Counted from the stretch's first letter, positions 18,855 through 26,774 are shown. The stretch: 64,000 nt of DNA from Candidatus Stackebrandtia faecavium (GCA_019112895.1 DXIM01000010.1:50992-114991); one strand, 5' to 3'. Notes: generated by a model from the letters alone, not told the origin. Made by a program: numbers and translations.

Positions 18855-20007
18855 CACTGCCTCCATCCTGCGCGACCATCTCGACAGCGCGTATGACGTA
18901 CAACCGTTGCAGCAGTGCCTCCAGGCCTTGCGAACCTCCACACAGTTCCTCCACCGTGACGTCGGTGCATTGCTTGAATTCCTGCAACCACTCGGCGGCC
19001 GCCTCGCCCTGCACGCTGAACGCGTGCCCGTTGGCGGCCCACATTTCGCTACCGTCCGCTTGAGGATTACGCACCACGAGACTGCTCAATCGCACTCTCG
19101 TGTCCGGTTCGAACTCGATCGGCTGCCGTGGATCAGGGGCCGGATCCAGGCATGCGGCGCTCGTCTGCTGCGTCCACAGGATCGCCGAAATGCGCGCCTC
19201 CGATTCCGGGTCCAAGTTGTCGCGCATGGTTTCGGCCGTCGTCTTAAACGGACCCGCCGCAGGAATCCGGCCGTGATACGAATCCAACTGCAAGTACGGG
19301 ACTTTATCGACATCCAAAGCGTTGTCCACCGCCAGCGCGCCGCGATTGAAGACCGATGCCGACAGTTGCCTGGAATCCTCGATGACCTGTACCTGCACGG
19401 CCATGTAGTCGTCGTGGAACGATTCCGTGCGCGCGAACCCTGCCGGGTGGTAGACCACGTCGCCCGTTCCGACCGTCATGTCGACGGTCTTGCCTCCGCC
19501 ACTGATCGTGATGTCGGCTCCACCCGAAAGCACCAACGTGATCCCCGCCTGCGCCACCTCATCGGCCGGTAGATGGACCTCGAAATTGGATCCCAACCGG
19601 ATGAACGTCTTGACCGGGACGACCGGGTAACCCACGCGTTTCCACAGTGATCGAACGAGGTCCCGCATCTGGGACCACAGACGGTAGTTGCCCATGAAAC
19701 CTTCGGCGATCCGCACCAAGAACCCGGCGGCGTCGAGCTCGGCACGCATTTTCTTCGCATACGTGCGCGGGTCGTCTCCGGAGTCCGGCAGCAAGTCATG
19801 CAACGCCCGCGTCCGCCCCATCGGGGTCCATACCGCCACGTCGGGCAATGCCCGCATCCGCGTGCCGGCGCGAAAAGGCGCGCACACGTCGATGACCGTC
19901 GAGAACACGTCGCCGGTCGGCAACGGTGAACCGCCGAACGCGTTGGGCACATGCACCGGTTCCCGGCCCCAATGCTTCGCCAGCGTGTGTATCCACGAAT
20001 CGTTCAT
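18847..20007 (-). CDS. JmjC/cupin-like protein lacking the metal-binding triad
   Basis: Same architecture as neighbour (KHWGREPVH, GDVVYHPAG, C-terminal helical domain) but no HxD and no distal His. Confidence 0.7.
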   Translation of the reverse strand: MNDSWIHTLAKHWGREPVHVPNAFGGSPLPTGDVFSTVIDVCAPFRAGTRMRALPDVAVWTPMGRTRALHDLLPDSGDDPRTYAKKMRAELDAAGFLVRIAEGFMGNYRLWSQMRDLVRSLWKRVGYPVVPVKTFIRLGSNFEVHLPADEVAQAGITLVLSGGADITISGGGKTVDMTVGTGDVVYHPAGFARTESFHDDYMAVQVQVIEDSRQLSASVFNRGALAVDNALDVDKVPYLQLDSYHGRIPAAGPFKTTAETMRDNLDPESEARISAILWTQQTSAACLDPAPDPRQPIEFEPDTRVRLSSLVVRNPQADGSEMWAANGHAFSVQGEAAAEWLQEFKQCTDVTVEELCGGSQGLEALLQRLYVIRAVEMVAQDGGSDV

Positions 20008-22391
20008 GTGTTGACCGCCTTCGACAATGGGAAACGGTTGTGCAGGATCTGTGCGTATTCCGTCAGGGAGACCATGCCAATCTCCTCCCGACGTTTCTCG
20101 ACGTCATCGGCGCTTCCGTCGAGCTGACAGGGCACCAACGCGTCACCGTCGCGTTCGAACTTCGTGCCGTACCGTTGTGGACGGTCGTCCTGTAGCCGCA
20201 TCGCGTCCGTCAGATACGCCACCATCTTCAACAATTGGCGATCCCGTCGCGCCTCATCGCGCAGCAACGCCAGGCAGTGCCGCTGAAACGGCGTGGTCGC
20301 CCCGTGTCGGTGCTGCAGCAAGGCCACCGCCGATTCTGCGGCGGCCCGACCGACCTTGTCCGCGCTCGGCCACCCGTGCACCGCCACAACATCGGTGAGG
20401 TAATCCGTCGCGCTGCGTGTCAACCGCTCGAGCTTCGCCGCGGCCTCGTCGTCGCTGAATCCGCCCTGCGCCCAGGGCTCGCGGATCGCGCCGTCCACAT
20501 CGCCGATGCGTTCGAGCTTCTCGGCGACCTCCGCGTAGTCGCCGACTTCGTGATGGGGCCGATCCTGCGGCTCGATCGGTTCCAGGTTCACGGTGTCGTC
20601 GTTCCAGCAGTAATTGAGGTCCTGGCCGAACTCGCTGAATCCGAACCGTACCTGGCCGCACGCGATATCCCACAGGTCGATGGAGACATCCTCGTCATGG
20701 TCGGCCCATGCGGCGATCGGCACGTTCGCGCGAACGTATTCGACCGCATCCCGGACGAAAACACCGAAGCCGGTCATGTCCCACGCGCGACCGTGCAACG
20801 CATCCTCGCTCGGTATGACGCAGGGGCGCGGGACGTCGTCACCGGCAACCCGAAACCGCGTGGTCGTGTCGCCGCGGGTCGCCTGTTTAAGCAGGGACCC
20901 TCCTTGCGCACTCACGAAGAAGTAGGGCACATCGCCGTTGTGCAACTGGTTCTGTTCGTCCTTGGTGAATTCCAGTTCCGGACTCTTATCCGGTGTGAAC
21001 AGTCGACGCTGGAGCTCGTCGTCGTAGACGGCCGTCGGTCGTGGCACCACGCGAATTCGATTGTCCCGGCGATGGGCCGCCAAATTCCGCGCGATCCGGT
21101 CTCGCTGCCCGTTCAGGAGCACCCAGGCCTCGAAGGCGCCGCGCAGAAACTGCGGCAGATAAGCACTGTAGCCAACGTTTCCGTTGCTGTCGGTGACGAC
21201 GGTACGCGTCTCACCGCGAGCCCACGGCTTCCGGATTCGGCATATCCGCGGGGCGTCGTCACCATCGAAATCGAGGTACGCCCACGGTGCATCGACCCCG
21301 CATTCCCGTTGCCGGTCTTCGAAACCGACATGGTGAAGCGCGTCGTCGGGGCCGGGAATGAGACCCGTCCCCCACAGTCGTTGAATATCCGAAAAGTACA
21401 CCTCGATATCGACCGGTACATAACGGAGCCGACCGTCAGGACCGTTGGGGCCAACGAGCACATTGCCTTCGATCAGGTCGCCGATTCCGAACGCGAAACA
21501 CACGGCCGCGAGCGCGCCCGCATCGCGCCACATCTCGGCCGCCACGTCCGGCTCAACCACGGGGCCGGACAGACGCGGAGTCAGTGGCGCCATCTGCGTC
21601 GGCGCCGACACCCACTCCTGCCACAGGTAATCGTGGCTGTCGTAACCGGCGCCGCGCCAACAATGCAGTTGCGGCAGTCGGAATCGCCCATCGGCCAGAT
21701 CGTTGATCAGCCCAAAAGTGGAGGGTTCGTCCCCGAGACTGTGGCGAGCCGAGAAGAGGGCGTCGCCGCGCGCCGGACTCGGTTTGTACGCCACGACCGC
21801 TCCCCCCTGGAGCGTCACCCGCAGGACCCGCGATCCCCCATTGTGGGTCTCGGCTCCACATGCGGATACGCCCGTCACCGGCCCCTCAAAGGCCGGTTCG
21901 TCTATCCAGGAGCAAGCCATGTCGCTGTCGAGCCGCTCAAGGAAAATCTCGAGCGCGCGTGTCAACTGGCGGCGGCGGTGGGCGGCTCGGCTCGCGGCCC
22001 GCGCCGCATGCGTGAACGCGCAGACCGTGAAGATCTCCGAAAGTAGTGGCCCGAACAGGTCCGTGTTAGTGATGGCCAGTACACCGGGCTTGACCCGCTC
22101 CGCATGTTTCTCGACCATGGTCTTGCACCATGAGTCGAGGGCGACGATGGTCTTGACGACGGGCCGAAAGGTTGCGTGGCCGAGGACGGCGCCCAAGGCG
22201 TCCACCCGGGCCGGGTTGAGGCCCGGTTCTTCGCAGACGATGAGATCGTCCTGCGCAGGCCGAGCGATCGGCGGAAAAATACCGGCCACGCTCGCGGTAC
22301 TCGCAAGGTGGTCGAGGAGAACGCGCACCGGTTCGGGCAAGGCGGCAACTTCCTCGGTGCCGGCTTTGGGTAGCAGTCGTGTCATTTCCAT
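20004..22391 (-). CDS. LanM-type dehydratase domain (DUF4135) fused to C-terminal DUF6624; no LanC cyclase domain
   Basis: ETHNGGSRV, YKP, DLIEGN, PVDIE, RVVPRPTAVY (LanM kinase/eliminase motifs); C-terminal HGWP..KVG..A..A..LLQH..FQRHCL..AYLTD..PQRYGT (DUF6624); ggagg RBS before ATG at 22391. Confidence 0.85.
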   Translation of the reverse strand: MEMTRLLPKAGTEEVAALPEPVRVLLDHLASTASVAGIFPPIARPAQDDLIVCEEPGLNPARVDALGAVLGHATFRPVVKTIVALDSWCKTMVEKHAERVKPGVLAITNTDLFGPLLSEIFTVCAFTHAARAASRAAHRRRQLTRALEIFLERLDSDMACSWIDEPAFEGPVTGVSACGAETHNGGSRVLRVTLQGGAVVAYKPSPARGDALFSARHSLGDEPSTFGLINDLADGRFRLPQLHCWRGAGYDSHDYLWQEWVSAPTQMAPLTPRLSGPVVEPDVAAEMWRDAGALAAVCFAFGIGDLIEGNVLVGPNGPDGRLRYVPVDIEVYFSDIQRLWGTGLIPGPDDALHHVGFEDRQRECGVDAPWAYLDFDGDDAPRICRIRKPWARGETRTVVTDSNGNVGYSAYLPQFLRGAFEAWVLLNGQRDRIARNLAAHRRDNRIRVVPRPTAVYDDELQRRLFTPDKSPELEFTKDEQNQLHNGDVPYFFVSAQGGSLLKQATRGDTTTRFRVAGDDVPRPCVIPSEDALHGRAWDMTGFGVFVRDAVEYVRANVPIAAWADHDEDVSIDLWDIACGQVRFGFSEFGQDLNYCWNDDTVNLEPIEPQDRPHHEVGDYAEVAEKLERIGDVDGAIREPWAQGGFSDDEAAAKLERLTRSATDYLTDVVAVHGWPSADKVGRAAAESAVALLQHRHGATTPFQRHCLALLRDEARRDRQLLKMVAYLTDAMRLQDDRPQRYGTKFERDGDALVPCQLDGSADDVEKRREEIGMVSLTEYAQILHNRFPLSKAVNT

Positions 22392-22439
22392 GGCCACCTC
22401 CGGCGTAGCGCGTAAAACTGTGGAATTTGTAGCGGTGTA

Positions 22440-22470
22440 CCGCGGCGCACACCGTCGGTGTGCGCCGCGG
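22440..22470. terminator. Strong hairpin between the precursor genes and the modifying-enzyme gene
   Basis: Perfect 14-bp stem ccgcggcgcacacc-gtc-ggtgtgcgccgcgg, 8 nt after precursor stop. Confidence 0.8.
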
Positions 22471-22478
22471 CCCAGCCG

Positions 22479-22607
22479 TTAAAGCGGGGTGCAGTAAATG
22501 TTCATGCAAGTGACGGGGTCCTTGGAAGGCTGCTTCGGCAGCTCTTTCGTCAGCTCGCCAAGAACGACATCCACCGAACGGGTCTTCGATGCTTTTTCTT
22601 TGGACAT
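22479..22607 (-). CDS. RiPP precursor peptide A1 (42 aa)
   Basis: MSKEKASKTRSVDVVLGELTKELPKQPSKDPVTCMNIYCTPL; RBS gaggaa; ORF track starts it too far upstream. Confidence 0.9.
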   Translation of the reverse strand: MSKEKASKTRSVDVVLGELTKELPKQPSKDPVTCMNIYCTPL

Positions 22608-22825
22608 GGATTTCCTCTTCTCAAGGTCAGGCGAAGCGAACACTTCGCCATAGTTCTGGGCCCATCGATTTTCCAATGGCCCAAGGCCGGAACGGATCAA
22701 CAGATCGTTACACCGCCGGCCAGCTCAGGGGGATCTCATGTCATGGCCCGCTGGGCACACCCACTGTCATTCGGCTACTCACGCGATGCGTGTCGGCCAT
22801 TCACCTGTGCCGACTCATGTGTGGC

Positions 22826-22856
22826 GGGCCGCGCATGCTCTCTGGCTGCGCGGCCC
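22826..22856. terminator. Hairpin downstream of precursor A2
   Basis: gggccgcgca-11 nt-tgcgcggccc, 10-bp stem. Confidence 0.55.
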
Positions 22857-22879
22857 ATTAGTCATGCGATTGGGAATCC

Positions 22880-23014
22880 CTACCAGGGTTCACAATAGAC
22901 TCTTGTGCAGGTGACAGGGTCCTTGTTCTGTTCCCGCTGGCGAGGTAGTTCTTTCGACAGTTCGCCGAGGACTACATCAACCGGACGGGACTTGCCTTCA
23001 TTGATTTTGGACAT
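22880..23014 (-). CDS. RiPP precursor peptide A2 (44 aa)
   Basis: Manual translation: MSKINEGKSRPVDVVLGELSKELPRQREQNKDPVTCTRVYCEPW; RBS gaggat; below the ORF-track cutoff. Confidence 0.9.
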   Translation of the reverse strand: MSKINEGKSRPVDVVLGELSKELPRQREQNKDPVTCTRVYCEPW

Positions 23015-23084
23015 AGCATCCTCGAATCAATCAGTATCGGCAATTACAGCGGCCGAAGCCGAATGGATTCTCTGAGCGCGTTAA

Positions 23085-23210
23085 TTACACGCAGTACATG
23101 CTCGCACAGGTCGGCCAGTCCTTCGATTCACGTTTGCTCGGCAGCTCCTTGGACAGGTCACCAAGGACTACATCAACCGGGCGGGCCTTTTCTGTCTGAA
23201 CTTTGGACAT
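23085..23210 (-). CDS. RiPP precursor peptide A3 (41 aa)
   Basis: Manual translation: MSKVQTEKARPVDVVLGDLSKELPSKRESKDWPTCASMYCV; RBS ggagga; below the ORF-track cutoff. Confidence 0.9.
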   Translation of the reverse strand: MSKVQTEKARPVDVVLGDLSKELPSKRESKDWPTCASMYCV

Positions 23211-23354
23211 AAAATCCTCCATATCGTTCAAAACATCCTGATGCGTTCGCATCTGGCCCACACGTTGCCCAATGATCGAGGTCAGCGCATCGTTTCCGAA
23301 CGAACCCGAACACCGCGCAATGAGCAGCGGTTGCGGGAATGCAGGTTAAGCCGG

Positions 23355-24197
23355 TTAAAACTCCTCGTAAACGGCCGGGTCTTGCTCCTCGGTGCGTCCG
23401 TCTTCGCGACCGAGGCCACTGATCGTGGCCATCTGTGCGGACGTCAGCTCAAAATCGAAGACGTCGATATTCTCCTCCTGCCGCGCGGGGTGCGCCGATT
23501 TCGGGATCGGAATCGAACCCAACTGGATGTGCCAACGCACAATCACCTGCGCCACCGACTTGCCGTGCTGTTGAGCGATGTCCACGACCTCGGGTTCTTT
23601 CAGCACCGCGCTGGCACGGCCCAGCGGACTCCACGACTGGGTGCGGATGCCGCGTACGTTGTCGGCGCCGCGTTGCCTCCGCTGCGGAAAGTACGGGTGC
23701 AGCTCGATCTGGTTGACGCTCGGTGCGACGCCGGTGTCGTCGATGAGCCGATCCAGGTGTTCGGGCAAGAAATTCGAGACCCCGATCGACCGCACGAGTC
23801 CCCGCTCCTTCGCGTCGATCAACGCTTCCCACGCCTGCGAGTACAAGTCCTTGCTCGGGTTCGGCCAATGGATCAGGTAAAGGTCATAGTAGTCGAGTCC
23901 GGTACGGTACAACGATTCTTCGATCGCGGTGCGGGCGGCCCGATAACGCTGGTGACGTCCCGGAAGCTTGGAACAGACCCGCATCTGGTCACGCGGCACC
24001 CCACATGTGCGCACGGCTTTGCCGACGGCGCCCTCGTTTTCATAGTTGAACGCCGAATCCAGTAGCCGGTAGCCGTAATCAACCGCGGAGTGAATGGCCT
24101 TGACACCTGCCTCGCCGCGCAGGTTGTACGTTCCGAAACCCATGACCGGAACGTGGATGCCGTCGTTTAGCTCGTATACAGGCATTTTGCGTGTCAT
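23355..24197 (-). CDS. Aldo/keto reductase (2,5-DKG reductase type)
   Basis: GFGTY, GYRLLDSAFNYENE, YDLYLIHWP, RSIGVSNF, NQIELHPY, IPKS; real start MTRKMP at 24197. Confidence 0.93.
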   Translation of the reverse strand: MTRKMPVYELNDGIHVPVMGFGTYNLRGEAGVKAIHSAVDYGYRLLDSAFNYENEGAVGKAVRTCGVPRDQMRVCSKLPGRHQRYRAARTAIEESLYRTGLDYYDLYLIHWPNPSKDLYSQAWEALIDAKERGLVRSIGVSNFLPEHLDRLIDDTGVAPSVNQIELHPYFPQRRQRGADNVRGIRTQSWSPLGRASAVLKEPEVVDIAQQHGKSVAQVIVRWHIQLGSIPIPKSAHPARQEENIDVFDFELTSAQMATISGLGREDGRTEEQDPAVYEEF

Positions 24198-24258
24198 GGC
24201 CCCCATGGTAGGAGCTACGAACCCAATATTTTCTGCCTTAGACGCATCCACGTTCGCG

Positions 24259-25518
24259 CTATGCGGGCTGTCGGTGCCGCTGGATTGCCAGCTCACCGCT
24301 GACGTGGAAGTCGCGCGATGTCGCCACGATCGCGTCCTCAACTTCACGGGATGTACGGCCACGGAACCGGAAGCGTCCGCCGACATGTTCGTAATACGCA
24401 TCGGCCGCCGGCAGGATTTCGCCCGGCCGAAGCAACGCCTCTGCGTACGGTCCCGGTACACGCCCCACCATCGACGTGGCATGAGTGATGCGGCACGGCC
24501 GCTGGGTGGGTGCCGGGGCCAACAACCAGCCGGCCACGTCCGTTCCGGGAGCGGGGGCGACGGCATCAATGGAGCGCGGCCACGGCAGGGCGCGCTGGCC
24601 GGCCAGCAAACGAAACGCCGACTCCATGAGGTCGTAACCGTGCACCTCGCGCCACAGGTACGGGATCTCGGCGCCACCGACACGAGCGCCCACTTCCAGG
24701 AAGGCGCACGACCCCGTGACACGGTCGACGAACAGTTCAAGATGGAACACGACCGGTTTACGGCTCAGCGCCCGCATCACGCCGGTCGAAAACGCCGTGA
24801 TGCTGCGCATCAGGTCGGGATCGTCTTCTTCGACCGAACCGAGCGTATCGCCGGTCCGAAAACCCAAGCAGTTGTTGACATAACGCGAGGCCCGCAATGG
24901 TCCCATCGTCGTACCGTCGAAGTAGCCGTCCACATGGTAGATCTGGCGCCCGTCGAATGCCTGAACGAGGTGGGGTTCTCCTTCCGCGAATTCGAGACCG
25001 GCACATTCGCTGGGACCATCCACTTTGATGACGCCGGCGCTGGAGCTGCCCGCGCACGGTTTCACGACGACCGGCCAGCCGTGATCTCTACCGAACTCGA
25101 CGACGTCGTGTGGGTGACGCACAGGCGCGTGGGCCGGAACCGCCAGACCCGCCCTCGATACGAGACCCGCCATGACGAGCTTGTCGCGGAACGGAATGAC
25201 ATCGTCAATGTCAGGACCGGGGCATCCCCATTGCTGACGCAATTGTGCACCGACAAGAAGGTCGTCTTCCTTCAACGCGATGATCGCTTCCGGGCGGCCC
25301 TGATTCTCGGCCAGGCGCTTCACGGCATCAGCCACCGAAGGTAGATCGTCGGTAGCGTCCACAATCGCGACTTCGGCTGCGCTGGCCGGCAACGATGGCG
25401 CGCCGACTTCGGTGGTCACATAGCTGACGGCGTAACGCGAATGGTCCACGTAGCGTTCGTAGTGCGCATAGTCGGCCAACCAACGGTGAACGATCACCAT
25501 GTGTGGGCGTGCAGCCAT
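24259..25518 (-). CDS. ATP-grasp ligase (amino-acid ligase-like)
   Basis: FRDKLVM, VVVKP..GSSSAGV, YHVDG, VFHLELF, FLEVGARVGGA; RBS ggagga before ATG at 25518. Confidence 0.88.
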   Translation of the reverse strand: MAARPHMVIVHRWLADYAHYERYVDHSRYAVSYVTTEVGAPSLPASAAEVAIVDATDDLPSVADAVKRLAENQGRPEAIIALKEDDLLVGAQLRQQWGCPGPDIDDVIPFRDKLVMAGLVSRAGLAVPAHAPVRHPHDVVEFGRDHGWPVVVKPCAGSSSAGVIKVDGPSECAGLEFAEGEPHLVQAFDGRQIYHVDGYFDGTTMGPLRASRYVNNCLGFRTGDTLGSVEEDDPDLMRSITAFSTGVMRALSRKPVVFHLELFVDRVTGSCAFLEVGARVGGAEIPYLWREVHGYDLMESAFRLLAGQRALPWPRSIDAVAPAPGTDVAGWLLAPAPTQRPCRITHATSMVGRVPGPYAEALLRPGEILPAADAYYEHVGGRFRFRGRTSREVEDAIVATSRDFHVSGELAIQRHRQPA

Positions 25519-26774
25519 AACAGCTCCTCCCCCACCTCGTAGAAGTCCGGACCATCCAAATAGCGCACGGTGCCGAAGTCCCGCATCACGACTTCCTCCA
25601 CCGAGTCGGCCAGGTTCACCACGAGCGGACACGACATGTCGTCGACGGTGCGTCGAAGCTGGCCGCCCTCCGGAACCAGCATGCGGATGTCGTGCAGGCT
25701 CTCCAATTCGCGCAGACGAGACATCTTCGGGTAGGACCGCAGCGGCGCCTCAATGTGCGACACGGTCATCGCCGACACGAAATGCTTCGTCAGTCGGTAG
25801 TCGTTCTTCCAGCGCGCGGCGAAACGATCCGGATCCGTGTACGCGTCGACGATCCATTCCAGTTGGGCTTCGCCGATGCACTGCTGCGAGTAGTAAGGAA
25901 TGTCGAGCCCTGCCATACGCGCCGCGGCCTCGACCAGGCACGGTCCGGTCGGGGTCATCTTGATCTCCAGATGCGAGGCGCCGTGCGACACGCCAAGCGC
26001 GTCGAGGACGTTGGCCGCATACGGCAGGAGACGGTCCTGCACCTCACCGCACTTGGGCAGGAGTCGGATTCCCGTGGTGAGGTCGACGATCCCGTTGGCC
26101 GAGATCTTCTCGTATTTCCAGATGTCCGTAACATGATGCTGGCCGTCGCGACTCACCGAATCCACGATGTATTCGCCGCCGGCAAGGTATTCCTGAGCCA
26201 CGACCGCCTCGTTGCGTGCCGAGAACACGCTGTCGGACGCCAGGATCGAATGATATGCAGCCACCGATTCCTCTGGTGTGTCACAGAAGGCGACGCCGTC
26301 GCCGGCCGCACTGCGGATCGGCTTGACCACGACCCGACCGCCAATGTCGGCGTGCCACTGCGCCAACTGCTGAGGCGACGACACCAACAACTGGGCGGTG
26401 GCGCGCAAGCCTGCGGCCCGCACGGTCTCCATCTGCACGTATTTATCGCGCCGGGCGACGCTGTAGCCGGTGCCGTTGGTCAACAGCCCCATAGCCTCGC
26501 TGAGTTGGTCGGTCAGCTCGACCCCGCTTTCGCCTCCGGCAATGACCGCCTCGGGAGCGTACGGCTCCAACTGCGCCATAGTCGCGTTGATATCGCCGTC
26601 ATGCACAATGTTGACCGCGTACGGCGACAGATCGAAATCGGATCGGTACACCAACGGGGTTTCCGGTGTACTTTGGACCCTGATGACGTCGTACCCGGCT
26701 TTATGGAAATGCGGTGCCAGACGCCGCGTCGGCGAGTAGGCGTCGACCACGACGACATACTTTTTCGTTCTCAT
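25494..26774 (-). CDS. ATP-grasp ligase (NikS/L-amino-acid ligase-like)
   Basis: MRTKKYVVVVDAYSP, RRDKYVQ, VVVKPIRSAAGDGV, QEYLAGGEYIVD, HLEIKMT, VEAAAR. Confidence 0.88.
   Translation of the reverse strand: MRTKKYVVVVDAYSPTRRLAPHFHKAGYDVIRVQSTPETPLVYRSDFDLSPYAVNIVHDGDINATMAQLEPYAPEAVIAGGESGVELTDQLSEAMGLLTNGTGYSVARRDKYVQMETVRAAGLRATAQLLVSSPQQLAQWHADIGGRVVVKPIRSAAGDGVAFCDTPEESVAAYHSILASDSVFSARNEAVVAQEYLAGGEYIVDSVSRDGQHHVTDIWKYEKISANGIVDLTTGIRLLPKCGEVQDRLLPYAANVLDALGVSHGASHLEIKMTPTGPCLVEAAARMAGLDIPYYSQQCIGEAQLEWIVDAYTDPDRFAARWKNDYRLTKHFVSAMTVSHIEAPLRSYPKMSRLRELESLHDIRMLVPEGGQLRRTVDDMSCPLVVNLADSVEEVVMRDFGTVRYLDGPDFYEVGEELLWLHAHTW

Noticed and set aside
20004-22391. Calling this a standard class II lanthipeptide synthetase (lanM)
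   Set aside because: At about 795 aa it ends in a DUF6624-type domain and shows no LanC-like cyclase motifs, so the gene symbol is withheld.
22608-22879. A fourth precursor gene in the long A2-A1 spacer
   Set aside because: No MSK/VDVVLG leader or TC-x3-YC core in any minus-strand frame that I read; the region is hairpin-rich non-coding sequence. The 31 extra N-terminal residues in ORF 22479..22700 lack an RBS and are not shared with A2 or A3.
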